A DNA stretch of 64,000 nucleotides from a virus (IMGVR_UViG_3300025735_000004:17710-81709); one strand, 5' to 3'; positions 9,108-17,286 are shown, counted from the stretch's first letter. Numbers and translations: made by a program. Notes: generated by a model from the letters alone, not told the origin.

Positions 9108-9343
9108 TGAGCGCCCCGCAGCGCGGCGGTTCGGAATTGCGCAAGCTGATCGAGTTCGCCAAGGAGCTGGGCTTTACCTGCGAAACGACCGGTAGCACGC
9201 AATTGGCCTTTCACCGACCGCACACGCGGGCGGTGTGGGCCTCTTACACTCCGAGCTGTCGCCACGCCCGCAAGAACACTCGCCGCGACCTGCTCCGGGC
9301 CGTGCGCGAGGCGGATGCACCAACCAATACGTCAAAGGAATGA
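9107..9343 (+). CDS. HicA-like (dsRBD fold) small protein
   Basis: LRKLIEFAKELGF...F.RP...V..S.TPS..HARKN.R.DL; Gln at the usual His position. Confidence 0.5.
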   Translation: MSAPQRGGSELRKLIEFAKELGFTCETTGSTQLAFHRPHTRAVWASYTPSCRHARKNTRRDLLRAVREADAPTNTSKE

Positions 9344-9346
9344 GCA

Positions 9347-9640
9347 GTGAGCGGGACCAAAGCATCACCGGAAATTGAATACCTGGGGCAGTTCATGTAC
9401 GTCCAACGCAAGGCCCTGCGCCTGACGTTGGACGAAGTGGCCACAGGAGCCGGCACGTCGAAATCCTACCTGTGGGAGATCGAGCACGGGCAGGCGTCAC
9501 CCTCGTTCATGTTGGTCGCCCGCTTGTGCCAGGTCTTGTGCCTGGACATCGGCGGGCTGGCCGCTGGATCGTTGAAAGTGGCTGAGCTGTGCGGGGAGGT
9601 CGAGCAAGATCCGGGGCGGCTTCATCGCGCCGGGGCTTGA
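9347..9640 (+). CDS. XRE-family HTH transcriptional regulator
   Basis: RKALRLTLDEVA...GTSKSYLWEIEHGQASPS...RLCQVL. Confidence 0.9.
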   Translation: MSGTKASPEIEYLGQFMYVQRKALRLTLDEVATGAGTSKSYLWEIEHGQASPSFMLVARLCQVLCLDIGGLAAGSLKVAELCGEVEQDPGRLHRAGA

Positions 9641-9729
9641 TTGACCCGACAACGAGCGAAGCGAGGCGTCAGGCTTTTCGGGGCCTCTGAAAACACCCCT
9701 ATATTAAGACTAAGAAGGGAAATCGCTAC

Positions 9730-10012
9730 AGCCCTTTGTTTTCAAGGGGGTCAGTCTTGAATTTCTGGACTACTTGTTTAGAAACTCAAGACTTTTTACT
9801 TGAATAAATGGCCATATCCAAGTGTTATGTATAGAATTTGTGCTTAAATTCAACGAAACCGTTTTGAAGTTCAAGTGATTGGTCTTGAAATTGCCCCATG
9901 ATTTCAACGTTTGCGCTGAGAAGTTCTAACAAAACGGTGCGAAAACACCCCCCAAATTCAAGAGTGGGGGCCAGAATACCCCAACGAATCCAAGAAATGA
10001 CTGGAATTCAAC
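9730..10012. other. Putative replication origin (AT-rich, repeated short TTCAA/TTGAA boxes)
   Basis: About a dozen (A/T)TTCAA(G/C)-like boxes in both orientations in AT-rich DNA directly upstream of rep. Confidence 0.5.
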
Positions 10013-10639
10013 GTGACTGAGAAGAAAAAGTCCTACTACACCTCCCGGGCCGACGTGGTGCCCACTCGACATAACCCATGGGCGGGTGAGTTGGCACACA
10101 CGATCAAGAAAGGGAACAAGGTCACCGGCTTTGCCAGCTCCAAGCACGCCTTGGTGAACCAAGCTACCGGCGAGGTGATGACGGACGACATCGCCCTGGT
10201 GGGGGTGCGCAAGGTAGTGGACAAGGAAGAGTTCATCAAGTTTTTCGGGGCAGGGATCATGGAGGTGTTCGAACTGACCACCCCGGCCAAAGACGTGTTC
10301 AAGGCGATCCTGAACGTGTACTTGGACCAGAAAAACCAGCCGGATCAGCTGTACCTGAACTACGACGAAATCAAAGAGATTTATGGCTACGGAAAGTCGC
10401 CCTCGACCTACTACAACGGTCTGAACGAACTGATCGTGAAAGGCTTCTTGGCCCCGGTGCAGTTCCGCGAAAGCCACTACTGGGTCAACCCGAACCTGTT
10501 CTACAAAGGCGACCGTATCCGTATCGTGCGCGAGTACGTGCGCGCCGGGACCAAGGCGGCCAAGCAGGTGGAGAAGGAGAACGCCGCGCTGAATCAGCTG
10601 GGGCTGCCGCTCGATGGCCCCATCATCGACACGGTATAG
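10013..10639 (+). CDS. Plasmid-type replication initiator (RepL/RepA-like winged helix)
   Basis: VNQATGEV...VDKEEFIKFF...AKDVF..IL...STYYNGLNELIVKGF...YWVNPNLFYKGDR pattern of RepL-family initiators. Confidence 0.75.
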   Translation: MTEKKKSYYTSRADVVPTRHNPWAGELAHTIKKGNKVTGFASSKHALVNQATGEVMTDDIALVGVRKVVDKEEFIKFFGAGIMEVFELTTPAKDVFKAILNVYLDQKNQPDQLYLNYDEIKEIYGYGKSPSTYYNGLNELIVKGFLAPVQFRESHYWVNPNLFYKGDRIRIVREYVRAGTKAAKQVEKENAALNQLGLPLDGPIIDTV

Positions 10640-10658
10640 GGGAAACCCCTAGTCGGGT

Positions 10659-10801
10659 ATCAGGGACAGATTTATGGTCGTGCCGGAATCTCTCCCTAAT
10701 GGGACCCCACTGGACACCCGTTTGCCCCAGTAGAACCGGGGTGTTCACGCGCCTAGCCGGAATCTCTCCCCGATAGGTTCATCAGGGACAGATTTATGGT
10801 C
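10659..10801. repeat. Two exact direct-repeat pairs in A-B...B-A order
   Basis: A = atcagggacagatttatggtc (10659-10679, 10781-10801); B = gccggaatctctccc (10682-10696, 10756-10770). Confidence 0.9.
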
Positions 10802-11213
10802 AGTCAGTGGCAGGCTCCGGCCGCGCCACCGGCCCCAGCAACACCGCCAAGGCCTGCGCACAGCGGGCCTGATAGGCTTCCTCCCCCAACGCCTTGCGCA
10901 GCTCCCGCAGCAGCACCAGGTCGACACTGTTGGCCTCCAGCCGTTCGGCCTTGTTCAGCTCGGCCACATGGCGCATCAGGCGCTGCTGGTCGCGGCGCAG
11001 GTAACGCAGCTTGGCGGTCGCCCGGCTGTACCAATCGGAATCGGCAAACACCTGGTCGATCGCGCTGCGCCGCCGCACCACGTCGAGCTTGTTGCTCAGC
11101 TCGATGATCGTCGAATCCAGCTCGACGCGCAGGGTTTCGCACTCGCGCAGGTTGGTCGGCAGTTCCAGCAGGTCGGGGCGGGGGCGTAGGGCAACGGCAG
11201 CGGGTGCGTTCAT
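10800..11213 (-). CDS. Hypothetical coiled-coil protein
   Basis: 137 aa, last gene of the minus-strand operon. Confidence 0.65.
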   Translation of the reverse strand: MNAPAAVALRPRPDLLELPTNLRECETLRVELDSTIIELSNKLDVVRRRSAIDQVFADSDWYSRATAKLRYLRRDQQRLMRHVAELNKAERLEANSVDLVLLRELRKALGEEAYQARCAQALAVLLGPVARPEPATD

Positions 11214-11264
11214 GCGGGGGTCTTCGCTTTTGGTGGATGACCCCCTTGAGTTTAGGTCAGGTTC

Positions 11265-11534
11265 TCAGGCGGTCAGTGCATCCGGCAGCTTCGGCCCGCC
11301 CAGCGCTTCCCACTTGCCGGGGTGGGCGGTTTCGACGGCGGCGTACAGCCAACGCACTTCCATCACCGCTTCCTCTGCGCTCAGGTAGTCGTGAACACGC
11401 ATCGCACCGAGGGCGGTGACGTGCAGTTCAATCACCAGGGCGGCGGCTTCTTCGCTACTGCCGGGGAGGAACATCAGGCCGCCGCGCAGGTTGGTCAGGG
11501 TTTGTTCGGTGATTTCTTTTTTGGTCCGGGTCAT
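11265..11534 (-). CDS. Helical paralogue family member 5
   Basis: C-terminal ALGAMRVHDYLSAEEAVMEVRWLYAAVETAHP. Confidence 0.7.
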   Translation of the reverse strand: MTRTKKEITEQTLTNLRGGLMFLPGSSEEAAALVIELHVTALGAMRVHDYLSAEEAVMEVRWLYAAVETAHPGKWEALGGPKLPDALTA

Positions 11535-11797
11535 TGCGGGGTGTCCTTGGGGTTGTGAGCGCGATAGGCGCCATGTACGCGATCAAGCAGGGCCTCGGCC
11601 TCGGCGTCGTCGATCAACCCCTGGCCGTACAGGATGCGCACCGTGGCCCGGCCGTTGTTGAGGATCTGGAACGCGCCGTCGTCGCTGGCCAGCGGCAACA
11701 GGCGGTCGAGCAGGTGGTCGAGGTGTTCCAGCAGGGAGGTGTAGACCGGGCCGCGGTTGGGCTCGGGGTACTCGAAACCTTCGACGGGGATGATCAT
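11531..11797 (-). CDS. Helical paralogue family member 4
   Basis: Starts MIIPVEG; ILYGQGLIDDAEAEALLDRVHGAYRAHNP. Confidence 0.7.
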   Translation of the reverse strand: MIIPVEGFEYPEPNRGPVYTSLLEHLDHLLDRLLPLASDDGAFQILNNGRATVRILYGQGLIDDAEAEALLDRVHGAYRAHNPKDTPQ

Positions 11798-12129
11798 GCC
11801 TGCCCCTCCGGTTTGCGGCTGTCCGGGTCGTAGTCGACGTGCCCAGTGCAATGCACGTCCGGCTCCGGCGGCAGGGTGTCGCGCAGCACCTGGCGCGTGA
11901 TGTCGTCGATCCGGCCCACCGTGGTCTGTTGCAGCTCGATGATCAGGGCTTCGGCTTGGGCCTCGGTCAGCGCACCGCACAGCACCATGCCCTGAAACAC
12001 CCCGAGGACATTGAACCGGCGGTTGCTCGCCGCCTGCAGGTCGTGGGCCAGGGTGACAAAGCGGATCTGCTGCCGCGCCATGGCGTGCAGCTGGGCGCGT
12101 TCGTGGTCGGTGTATTCAGGCATGGTCAA
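11794..12129 (-). CDS. Helical paralogue family member 3
   Basis: GVFQGMVLCGALTEAQAEALIIEL. Confidence 0.7.
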   Translation of the reverse strand: MTMPEYTDHERAQLHAMARQQIRFVTLAHDLQAASNRRFNVLGVFQGMVLCGALTEAQAEALIIELQQTTVGRIDDITRQVLRDTLPPEPDVHCTGHVDYDPDSRKPEGQA

Positions 12130-12421
12130 TGCTCCCCAGCAGGCCAGGGTGTTCGCGCTCGTAGGCGCGGTTGAGGTCGGCCAGGCCGAGCTGGAAGCGT
12201 TCGTCGCTCAGCAGGCCAATGCCCCACAGCGCTTCCAGGTGTTTGACGATCCGCGTGTGCAGGTGCAGGGCGGCGTCGGCCGGGCGCAGGTGCAGGATCT
12301 GCAACTGGCGGACGATGGCCACCAGCACGTTGGTGCGGTAGTCGGCGGTGGCCTGCGCGTCGGTCATGTCCGGCAGGTGCAGGCGGTTGATGGCTTCGTC
12401 GAGGGTTTCGGTGGTGGCCAT
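12116..12421 (-). CDS. Helical paralogue family member 2
   Basis: ALWGIGLLSDERFQLGLADLNRAYEREHP. Confidence 0.75.
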   Translation of the reverse strand: MATTETLDEAINRLHLPDMTDAQATADYRTNVLVAIVRQLQILHLRPADAALHLHTRIVKHLEALWGIGLLSDERFQLGLADLNRAYEREHPGLLGSIDHA

Positions 12422-12423
12422 GG

Positions 12424-12735
12424 TCAGTCGTCCTTTTCAGGTAATAGATCCGCCAGCGTCGGCTGGGCGCGGACGTAGGTGCGGCGCACGTCGGCCAGGG
12501 CCAGGTCCAGTTCCACTCCGGTGAGCGCATCCACGGCGTGCAGGGCATACAGCTGCACGGTGATCCGGGTGAACAGGGCTAGGGCGTCCCGGGCGCCGAA
12601 CCTCTCCAGCAGCAACAGGCGCGAGAGGATCGCCCCCAGCACGCGGATGCGGTGCGCGTATCGGCCTTGCGGGGTGATCAGGTCGGGGCGGCCGAAGCTG
12701 TTTATGTCGGCGTCGAGGGCATCGCTGGGGGACAT
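12424..12735 (-). CDS. Helical paralogue family member 1
   Basis: True start MSPSDALD after caaggagcgcactgcc; ALHAVDALTGVELDLALADVRRTYVRAQP. Confidence 0.75.
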   Translation of the reverse strand: MSPSDALDADINSFGRPDLITPQGRYAHRIRVLGAILSRLLLLERFGARDALALFTRITVQLYALHAVDALTGVELDLALADVRRTYVRAQPTLADLLPEKDD

Positions 12736-13404
12736 GGCAGTGCGCTCCTTGCGGATGGTGGTGCGAAATAGGTGGGGGCCTGTGTCAGCGGTGAGGGAAC
12801 CGACACGGCCGCCCGGGACGTACCTGCCTGGGGGTCGACCAGGCGAGCGGCAGCGTCGGCGCACGGTAGCACGCGGCTTGCGGGGTTTGGAATAGGGGGT
12901 GGGGGGTGTTTCGGGGTGGGTGAGTCGCCCGCCTGCCCGGAAAAACCGGCGGGCGACTCGCGAGGGGCGCGATCTGCCAATGCACGACCCTCGTGGCGGC
13001 GACGATAGCACGGGCGGGGTCGGCGGGGCGAGTCGGGGAAAAGGTGCCGAGGGGGTGCGGGGTGAGAACCAATGCCCCCTCGGCGGTGCGGCGCCCCTGG
13101 TGTTGCGACGGTGGGGACAAGGCGGCCGCAGTCCACCCCGGAACCCTGAGCATAGCGCGGCGGTGGAGGGGTGGTGGGTGAGGGGATCAGCGGTGGGGTG
13201 AGGGGTGTTTTCGGGGTGGTTTAGTGGGTCAGTATGGGTAACCATGGATTTGGGTGGGTTGTGGGGGTTGGCATGGGATTTTCCCTTTGGCTTGCCATTG
13301 TACGGTGTACCGCTGGGATTTTTGTGGGGTTGAGTATGGAAAGGGGGTCTAAGTGCTTGTCCTGGCTCACCATTCGTCGGAAAAAGTGTGGTCGGGGTCG
13401 ATTG

Positions 13405-13426
13405 TGGCACAACAATTGTTGTGCCA
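13405..13426. promoter_or_regulatory. Perfect 22-bp palindrome in a divergent promoter region
   Basis: tggcacaacaattgttgtgcca. Confidence 0.6.
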
Positions 13427-13694
13427 AGTACATGTTTTAGGTGTGGTCTTTGTTGCTATATGCCTTATGCCTAACCCGTCTAATGTGTTCTTATGGGTAT
13501 GCTATAGTTTTAGTGTACCACTCGCTCTTTAAAAAACAGTAGCTAGCCGAGTCGCCCCGCCGGGGGCGCGTCCAGTGAACCTTGCAAAAGGTACAGCGGA
13601 CAAACTCGCCTAGTGAAAAAGGCGCGACATTGTCGCGCTGGCGGATGTCGAGACATAGAGTCTCTGCCCGCCCCCCGGACACGGAGTTCATGCC

Positions 13695-13832
13695 ATGCGT
13701 TCCCTTATCGCTTCTGTAGTCGTGCTTCTTATCAGCGCCATGCTGGCCACCGAGGTTAGCGGGTTCGTGAGTGCGCGTATCGGTGCGCTGACTGACGCCG
13801 TGTCCCTTTCTTCACGGAGTGCCACCAAATGA
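13695..13832 (+). CDS. Small hydrophobic peptide (45 aa)
   Basis: Hand translation MRSLIASVVVLLISAMLATEVSGFVSARIGALTDAVSLSSRSATK; ggag RBS; stop overlaps the next ATG. Confidence 0.5.
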   Translation: MRSLIASVVVLLISAMLATEVSGFVSARIGALTDAVSLSSRSATK

Positions 13833-14554
13833 AAGCTAAAATCCCTAGCTACTTCGACGCCGGTCTGGTAGCTCGCGCCACCGAGCGCGCCGCCACCGAC
13901 GCCGTGTATAGCGCTTTGTTGGATCAAGCGGTTACCGCTGGCAAGGTCGCTGGCGCAGCGGTCAACAATACCGACGCTAGCGCCTACTGGAAGGCTCTCG
14001 GTGATTCGCTGGCGCGTCACGGCGTGGCCATGCTGGCTCACCCTGATGACGTGCCTAGCGCCAAAGAGCTGCGCGACTTGTGCGCGCTGGTCAATTCCGG
14101 GATCAAGGCCGCGCAGTCGGCGGCCAAAGCGCATGCGCTCAAAACTTTCGAGGCCGCGCAGATGGCCGACCGCGCCAAAAAAGCGCGTGACCGGATCGTC
14201 AAAGCGCTCACCCGTGCGCTGACCCCCTACGCGCTGAAAATCAATTTTCAGACCGCTAAAGTGGAAGCACTGGCCGCCGTCGCCGAATCGGACGCCCCGG
14301 ATAAATCCGCCGATACGGCAAAGGCCGCCGTGACCGCTGGCACTACGGCGAACCTTGACGCCTTTCTTGATGGGTTGTGCGCGCTAGATCCCGCCACGCA
14401 AAAAATGATTCTGGCGCGTGTCGGCGCCTCCTATAAAAAGTGGCAAGAAGAAGAGGCGACCAAAAAGGTCGAGGCGGACAAGCGCGCCAGCGCGGCCACT
14501 CAGAAAAAGCTGGATGACGAAAAATCGCGTAAAGAGGCCCGCGACGTAGCCTAA
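13829..14554 (+). CDS. Hypothetical Ala/Lys-rich helical protein
   Basis: 241-aa ORF with atypical codon usage. Confidence 0.7.
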   Translation: MKAKIPSYFDAGLVARATERAATDAVYSALLDQAVTAGKVAGAAVNNTDASAYWKALGDSLARHGVAMLAHPDDVPSAKELRDLCALVNSGIKAAQSAAKAHALKTFEAAQMADRAKKARDRIVKALTRALTPYALKINFQTAKVEALAAVAESDAPDKSADTAKAAVTAGTTANLDAFLDGLCALDPATQKMILARVGASYKKWQEEEATKKVEADKRASAATQKKLDDEKSRKEARDVA

Positions 14555-14572
14555 CCAACCCGGCGACACAAC

Positions 14573-14595
14573 CCCCACGCGGCCCCCGCGTGGGG
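14573..14595 (+). terminator. GC-rich hairpin after 13829-14554
   Basis: ccccacgcg gcccc cgcgtgggg; weak U-tract. Confidence 0.35.
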
Positions 14596-14649
14596 CGTTC
14601 GTGTGCCCGTCACTTTTTCCCGCGACACAGTCGCGCAAAGGGGTTTCCC

Positions 14650-14988
14650 ATGGCTTTCGATGACAGCACCGGCGGCGCTGACCGCCTGCACTACCGCGCC
14701 AACGCCGGCCAGTATGGCAACGACTGGGGCGACCATAGCCCGCAAAGCCTGTTTGGCGCGCTCTACGCCAGCCACGAGCGCGCCGAAGTGGATTCCGTGA
14801 AACAGGCCGAGTATCTGGCCCGCCGCGCCCGGATCGCCGCCGACGCGACTCGGCGCCGATCCGCCCCGGTCGAGGCCGCGATTCTGGCGGAACGGCTCGC
14901 CCAGTCGAAAACCGTTATGGGCGCGGCAATGCGCGCTGCCCTGGACAAGCGCGATCGGCAGAACGGCAGGGAACGGCTCGAAAAGTAA
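14650..14988 (+). CDS. Hypothetical protein
   Basis: Probable start MAFDDSTGG. Confidence 0.55.
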   Translation: MAFDDSTGGADRLHYRANAGQYGNDWGDHSPQSLFGALYASHERAEVDSVKQAEYLARRARIAADATRRRSAPVEAAILAERLAQSKTVMGAAMRAALDKRDRQNGRERLEK

Positions 14989-15039
14989 ACACCGTCCGTC
15001 AAGTTTATAGGGGTTCCCTCAGCTAGCCCCCCTTGACCC

Positions 15040-15120
15040 AACCAAACGGCGTACCAGTTAATTGTGTTTGACCGCCTAAACCGGTACAACACTAACTGGC
15101 ACCCTAAACCAGTACAAGGA
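15040..15120. promoter_or_regulatory. Putative res site of the serine resolvase
   Basis: Inverted gtaccagtta / taactggcac and direct taaacc(g/a)gtacaa repeats (15077, 15105) immediately upstream of the resolvase. Confidence 0.5.
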
Positions 15121-15126
15121 GGCCCT

Positions 15127-15777
15127 ATGGCCAATTCTCTACCGTTGGTGCGGGCGTACTTGCGCGCCTCCACCGCTGAACAGGATGCACAACGCGCCCG
15201 CGGCGCGCTGCTTGCATTCGCCGACGCTCATGGCCAGCGAATCGCTGGATTTTACCCAGAGAACGAAACCGGGACGAAACTCAACCGCCCGGAACTGTTC
15301 CGCCTGCTGAACGACAGCCAACCCGGCGACATTCTGCTGTGCGAACAAGTTGACCGGTTGAGCAGGTTGACCGAGGCCGATTGGTTGAGCCTGCGCGGAA
15401 TCATCCAGACCAAGGGCCTGCACATTGTGTCGCTCGATCTGCCGACTTCGCACCAGCTCATGGCCGGACTGGGCGAGGAAACTTTCGCCGGGCGCATGCT
15501 CGGCGCGATGAACTCGATGCTGCTCGACATGCTCGCGGCCATTGCGCGCAAGGACTATGAAGACAGGGTGCGCCGCTCCCGCGAAGGGATTGAGAAAGCC
15601 CGGAAAATTCCAGGCAAGTACAAGGGGCGCATCCCTGACCTGGTGCTGCACGCCCGTGTCAAGTCGTGCCTGGAAGCCGGGATGGCGATTCGCAAAACGG
15701 CCACGGTGTGTGACTGCTCGAAAACCACGGTGCAGAAAATCAAGGCGGAACTGGACAAGGAGACCGAGGCCGCCTGA
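15127..15777 (+). CDS. Small serine recombinase (resolvase/invertase) with C-terminal HTH
   Basis: RAYLRASTAEQD, RPELFRLL...GD.L.....DRLSR, KYKGR, HTH; aaggagg RBS. Confidence 0.93.
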   Translation: MANSLPLVRAYLRASTAEQDAQRARGALLAFADAHGQRIAGFYPENETGTKLNRPELFRLLNDSQPGDILLCEQVDRLSRLTEADWLSLRGIIQTKGLHIVSLDLPTSHQLMAGLGEETFAGRMLGAMNSMLLDMLAAIARKDYEDRVRRSREGIEKARKIPGKYKGRIPDLVLHARVKSCLEAGMAIRKTATVCDCSKTTVQKIKAELDKETEAA

Positions 15778-16009
15778 CCAACTATGAACGGATCAATCGA
15801 GCCGTTTTCCGGGGGGTTGAAGCCCCCCGGCCTTTGAAGGGATCAATCTGTCCTTTTTTGGAGCCCGCAGGCCGTGGGTGCCTTGCCGGAGGCACCCCCT
15901 TTGTTCTCTATATAAAAGAAATAATTTTTTATTTTTATAAGACGGTAAGGGCACGCTCTATTTTGTACCGTCTCGCACACTTTAAAAAGCTGACCCGGAA
16001 ATCAACAAA

Positions 16010-16052
16010 AATCTAGTTGACTAGTTTAAAACCCAAACTAGATGACTAGTTT
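16010..16052. repeat. Two palindromic CTAG-N4-CTAG boxes 25 bp apart
   Basis: aatctagttgactagttt and aaactagatgactagttt. Confidence 0.7.
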
Positions 16053-16407
16053 GAAGCCCAATATCCGACCTCGTTTCAACTCGCCCTTTTCCATTTCCCC
16101 TTACAAATCAACAGGTAGCCTAATGGTATGCGAGATGGGTCAACCCCCGAGCGTATGTTTTGCGGTATGCCTCGGGTAGGGGCAAAACGCCTTTCCCCGA
16201 AATGCAAGCAATATCGTTCGCCTACCTTGCCTTTTTTCGCGTTCCGGTGCTTCCGCTCGACCATTTACCCATTTCCGACCCATCGCTTTTTAGCCGGCAC
16301 CCACTTGCCGCAAAAACGCAGCAACGCCTATGAAGGCGACAAACCCCCCGGAACCCCCAAGGCCCGGCCGACCCCCCCTGTCACAACCGCCAACAAGGAA
16401 CCGCACC

Positions 16408-16701
16408 ATGACCACCACGCCCCACATCCGCGCCTTCAATACCGGGCGCACCTACACCGCCCACGGCCAGCGCATTGCCTACGCTGAGATCAGCCGCGAC
16501 GACCACCCGCACATCCCGATCGCCGAGGTGGTGTTCTACGACGTGGACCGCCACATCGACGGCCAGATCAAGGTCGTGGCCTTCCCCCACGAACCGGTCA
16601 ATGACCACGCCCTGCTCCAGGCCTACGACCACGGCGGCTACGTCTACAGCGCCGACCGCGAGCTGCTGGCCCAGCTCAAGGCCGCCGCCGAGGCGCTGTA
16701 A
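16408..16701 (+). CDS. Hypothetical protein, first gene of the accessory array
   Basis: Starts MTTTPHIRAFNTGRTYT after aagga RBS. Confidence 0.7.
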   Translation: MTTTPHIRAFNTGRTYTAHGQRIAYAEISRDDHPHIPIAEVVFYDVDRHIDGQIKVVAFPHEPVNDHALLQAYDHGGYVYSADRELLAQLKAAAEAL

Positions 16702-16737
16702 CCCTCACCCCCCGACCACCCCGAAGGAGTCACTGCC

Positions 16738-17184
16738 ATGACCTATGAAGACGACGACGCCGTGTTGCGCGCCGCCCTGCAGATCGCCGAACGGCGCCTG
16801 ACCTACACCGGCTGCGTCCTCACCAGCCCGCAGGTGGTGCGCGACTACCTGCAGGTGTGGGCTGCGCGCCTGACCGAGGAAGCGTTCGGCGTGCTGTGGC
16901 TGACCAGCGCCCACGAGCTGGTGCAGACCGAGGTGCTGGCCACCGGTTCGATCGATCAGGCCACGGTCTATCCGCGGGTGGTGGTGCGGGCCGGGATCGC
17001 GCACAACGCGGCGGCCTGTCTGGTGTTCCACAACCACCCCAGCGGCAACCCCGCGCCGAGCGGCGGCGACATCGCCCTGACCCGGCGCTTGAAGGAGGCG
17101 TTGGCCATGGTCGACATCACCCTGCTCGATCACCTGGTGGTCGGCCGCACCATTGTCAGCCTGGCCGAACAGGGGGTGCTCTAG
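16738..17184 (+). CDS. radC: RadC-like JAB domain protein
   Basis: E.F...L...GSID...VYPR.V...A......HNHPSG...PS..DI..T.RL......DI.LLDHLVVG. Confidence 0.92.
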   Translation: MTYEDDDAVLRAALQIAERRLTYTGCVLTSPQVVRDYLQVWAARLTEEAFGVLWLTSAHELVQTEVLATGSIDQATVYPRVVVRAGIAHNAAACLVFHNHPSGNPAPSGGDIALTRRLKEALAMVDITLLDHLVVGRTIVSLAEQGVL

Positions 17185-17231
17185 GAAGGGTTCGAATACA
17201 TACGCTACATACCACGTACTACGTAGTACGA

Positions 17232-17272
17232 CATGAACCATGAATTCACAGTTCATGGTTCACAATTCACAA
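17232..17272. repeat. Heptad array no. 2
   Basis: catgaac catgaat tcacagt tcatggt tcacaat tcacaac. Confidence 0.85.
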
Positions 17273-17286
17273 CGAGGAACCGCGCC

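Noticed and set aside
12736-13410. Pro/Arg-rich N-terminal extension making 12424-13410 a 328-aa ORF
   Set aside because: Low-complexity translation of C-rich non-coding DNA. A clear RBS and the conserved cactgccATG place the start at 12735.
13405-13420. Sigma54 promoter
   Set aside because: The -12 element reads TTGT instead of the essential TTGC; kept only as a palindrome.
15127-15777. Gin-like tail-fibre inversion system
   Set aside because: The recombinase is far from the tail genes, and no inverted crossover sites or alternative fibre ends were seen.
17186-17200. GGTTCGAAT resembling a tRNA T-loop
   Set aside because: No acceptor, D or anticodon stems and no CC after the loop; not a tRNA.
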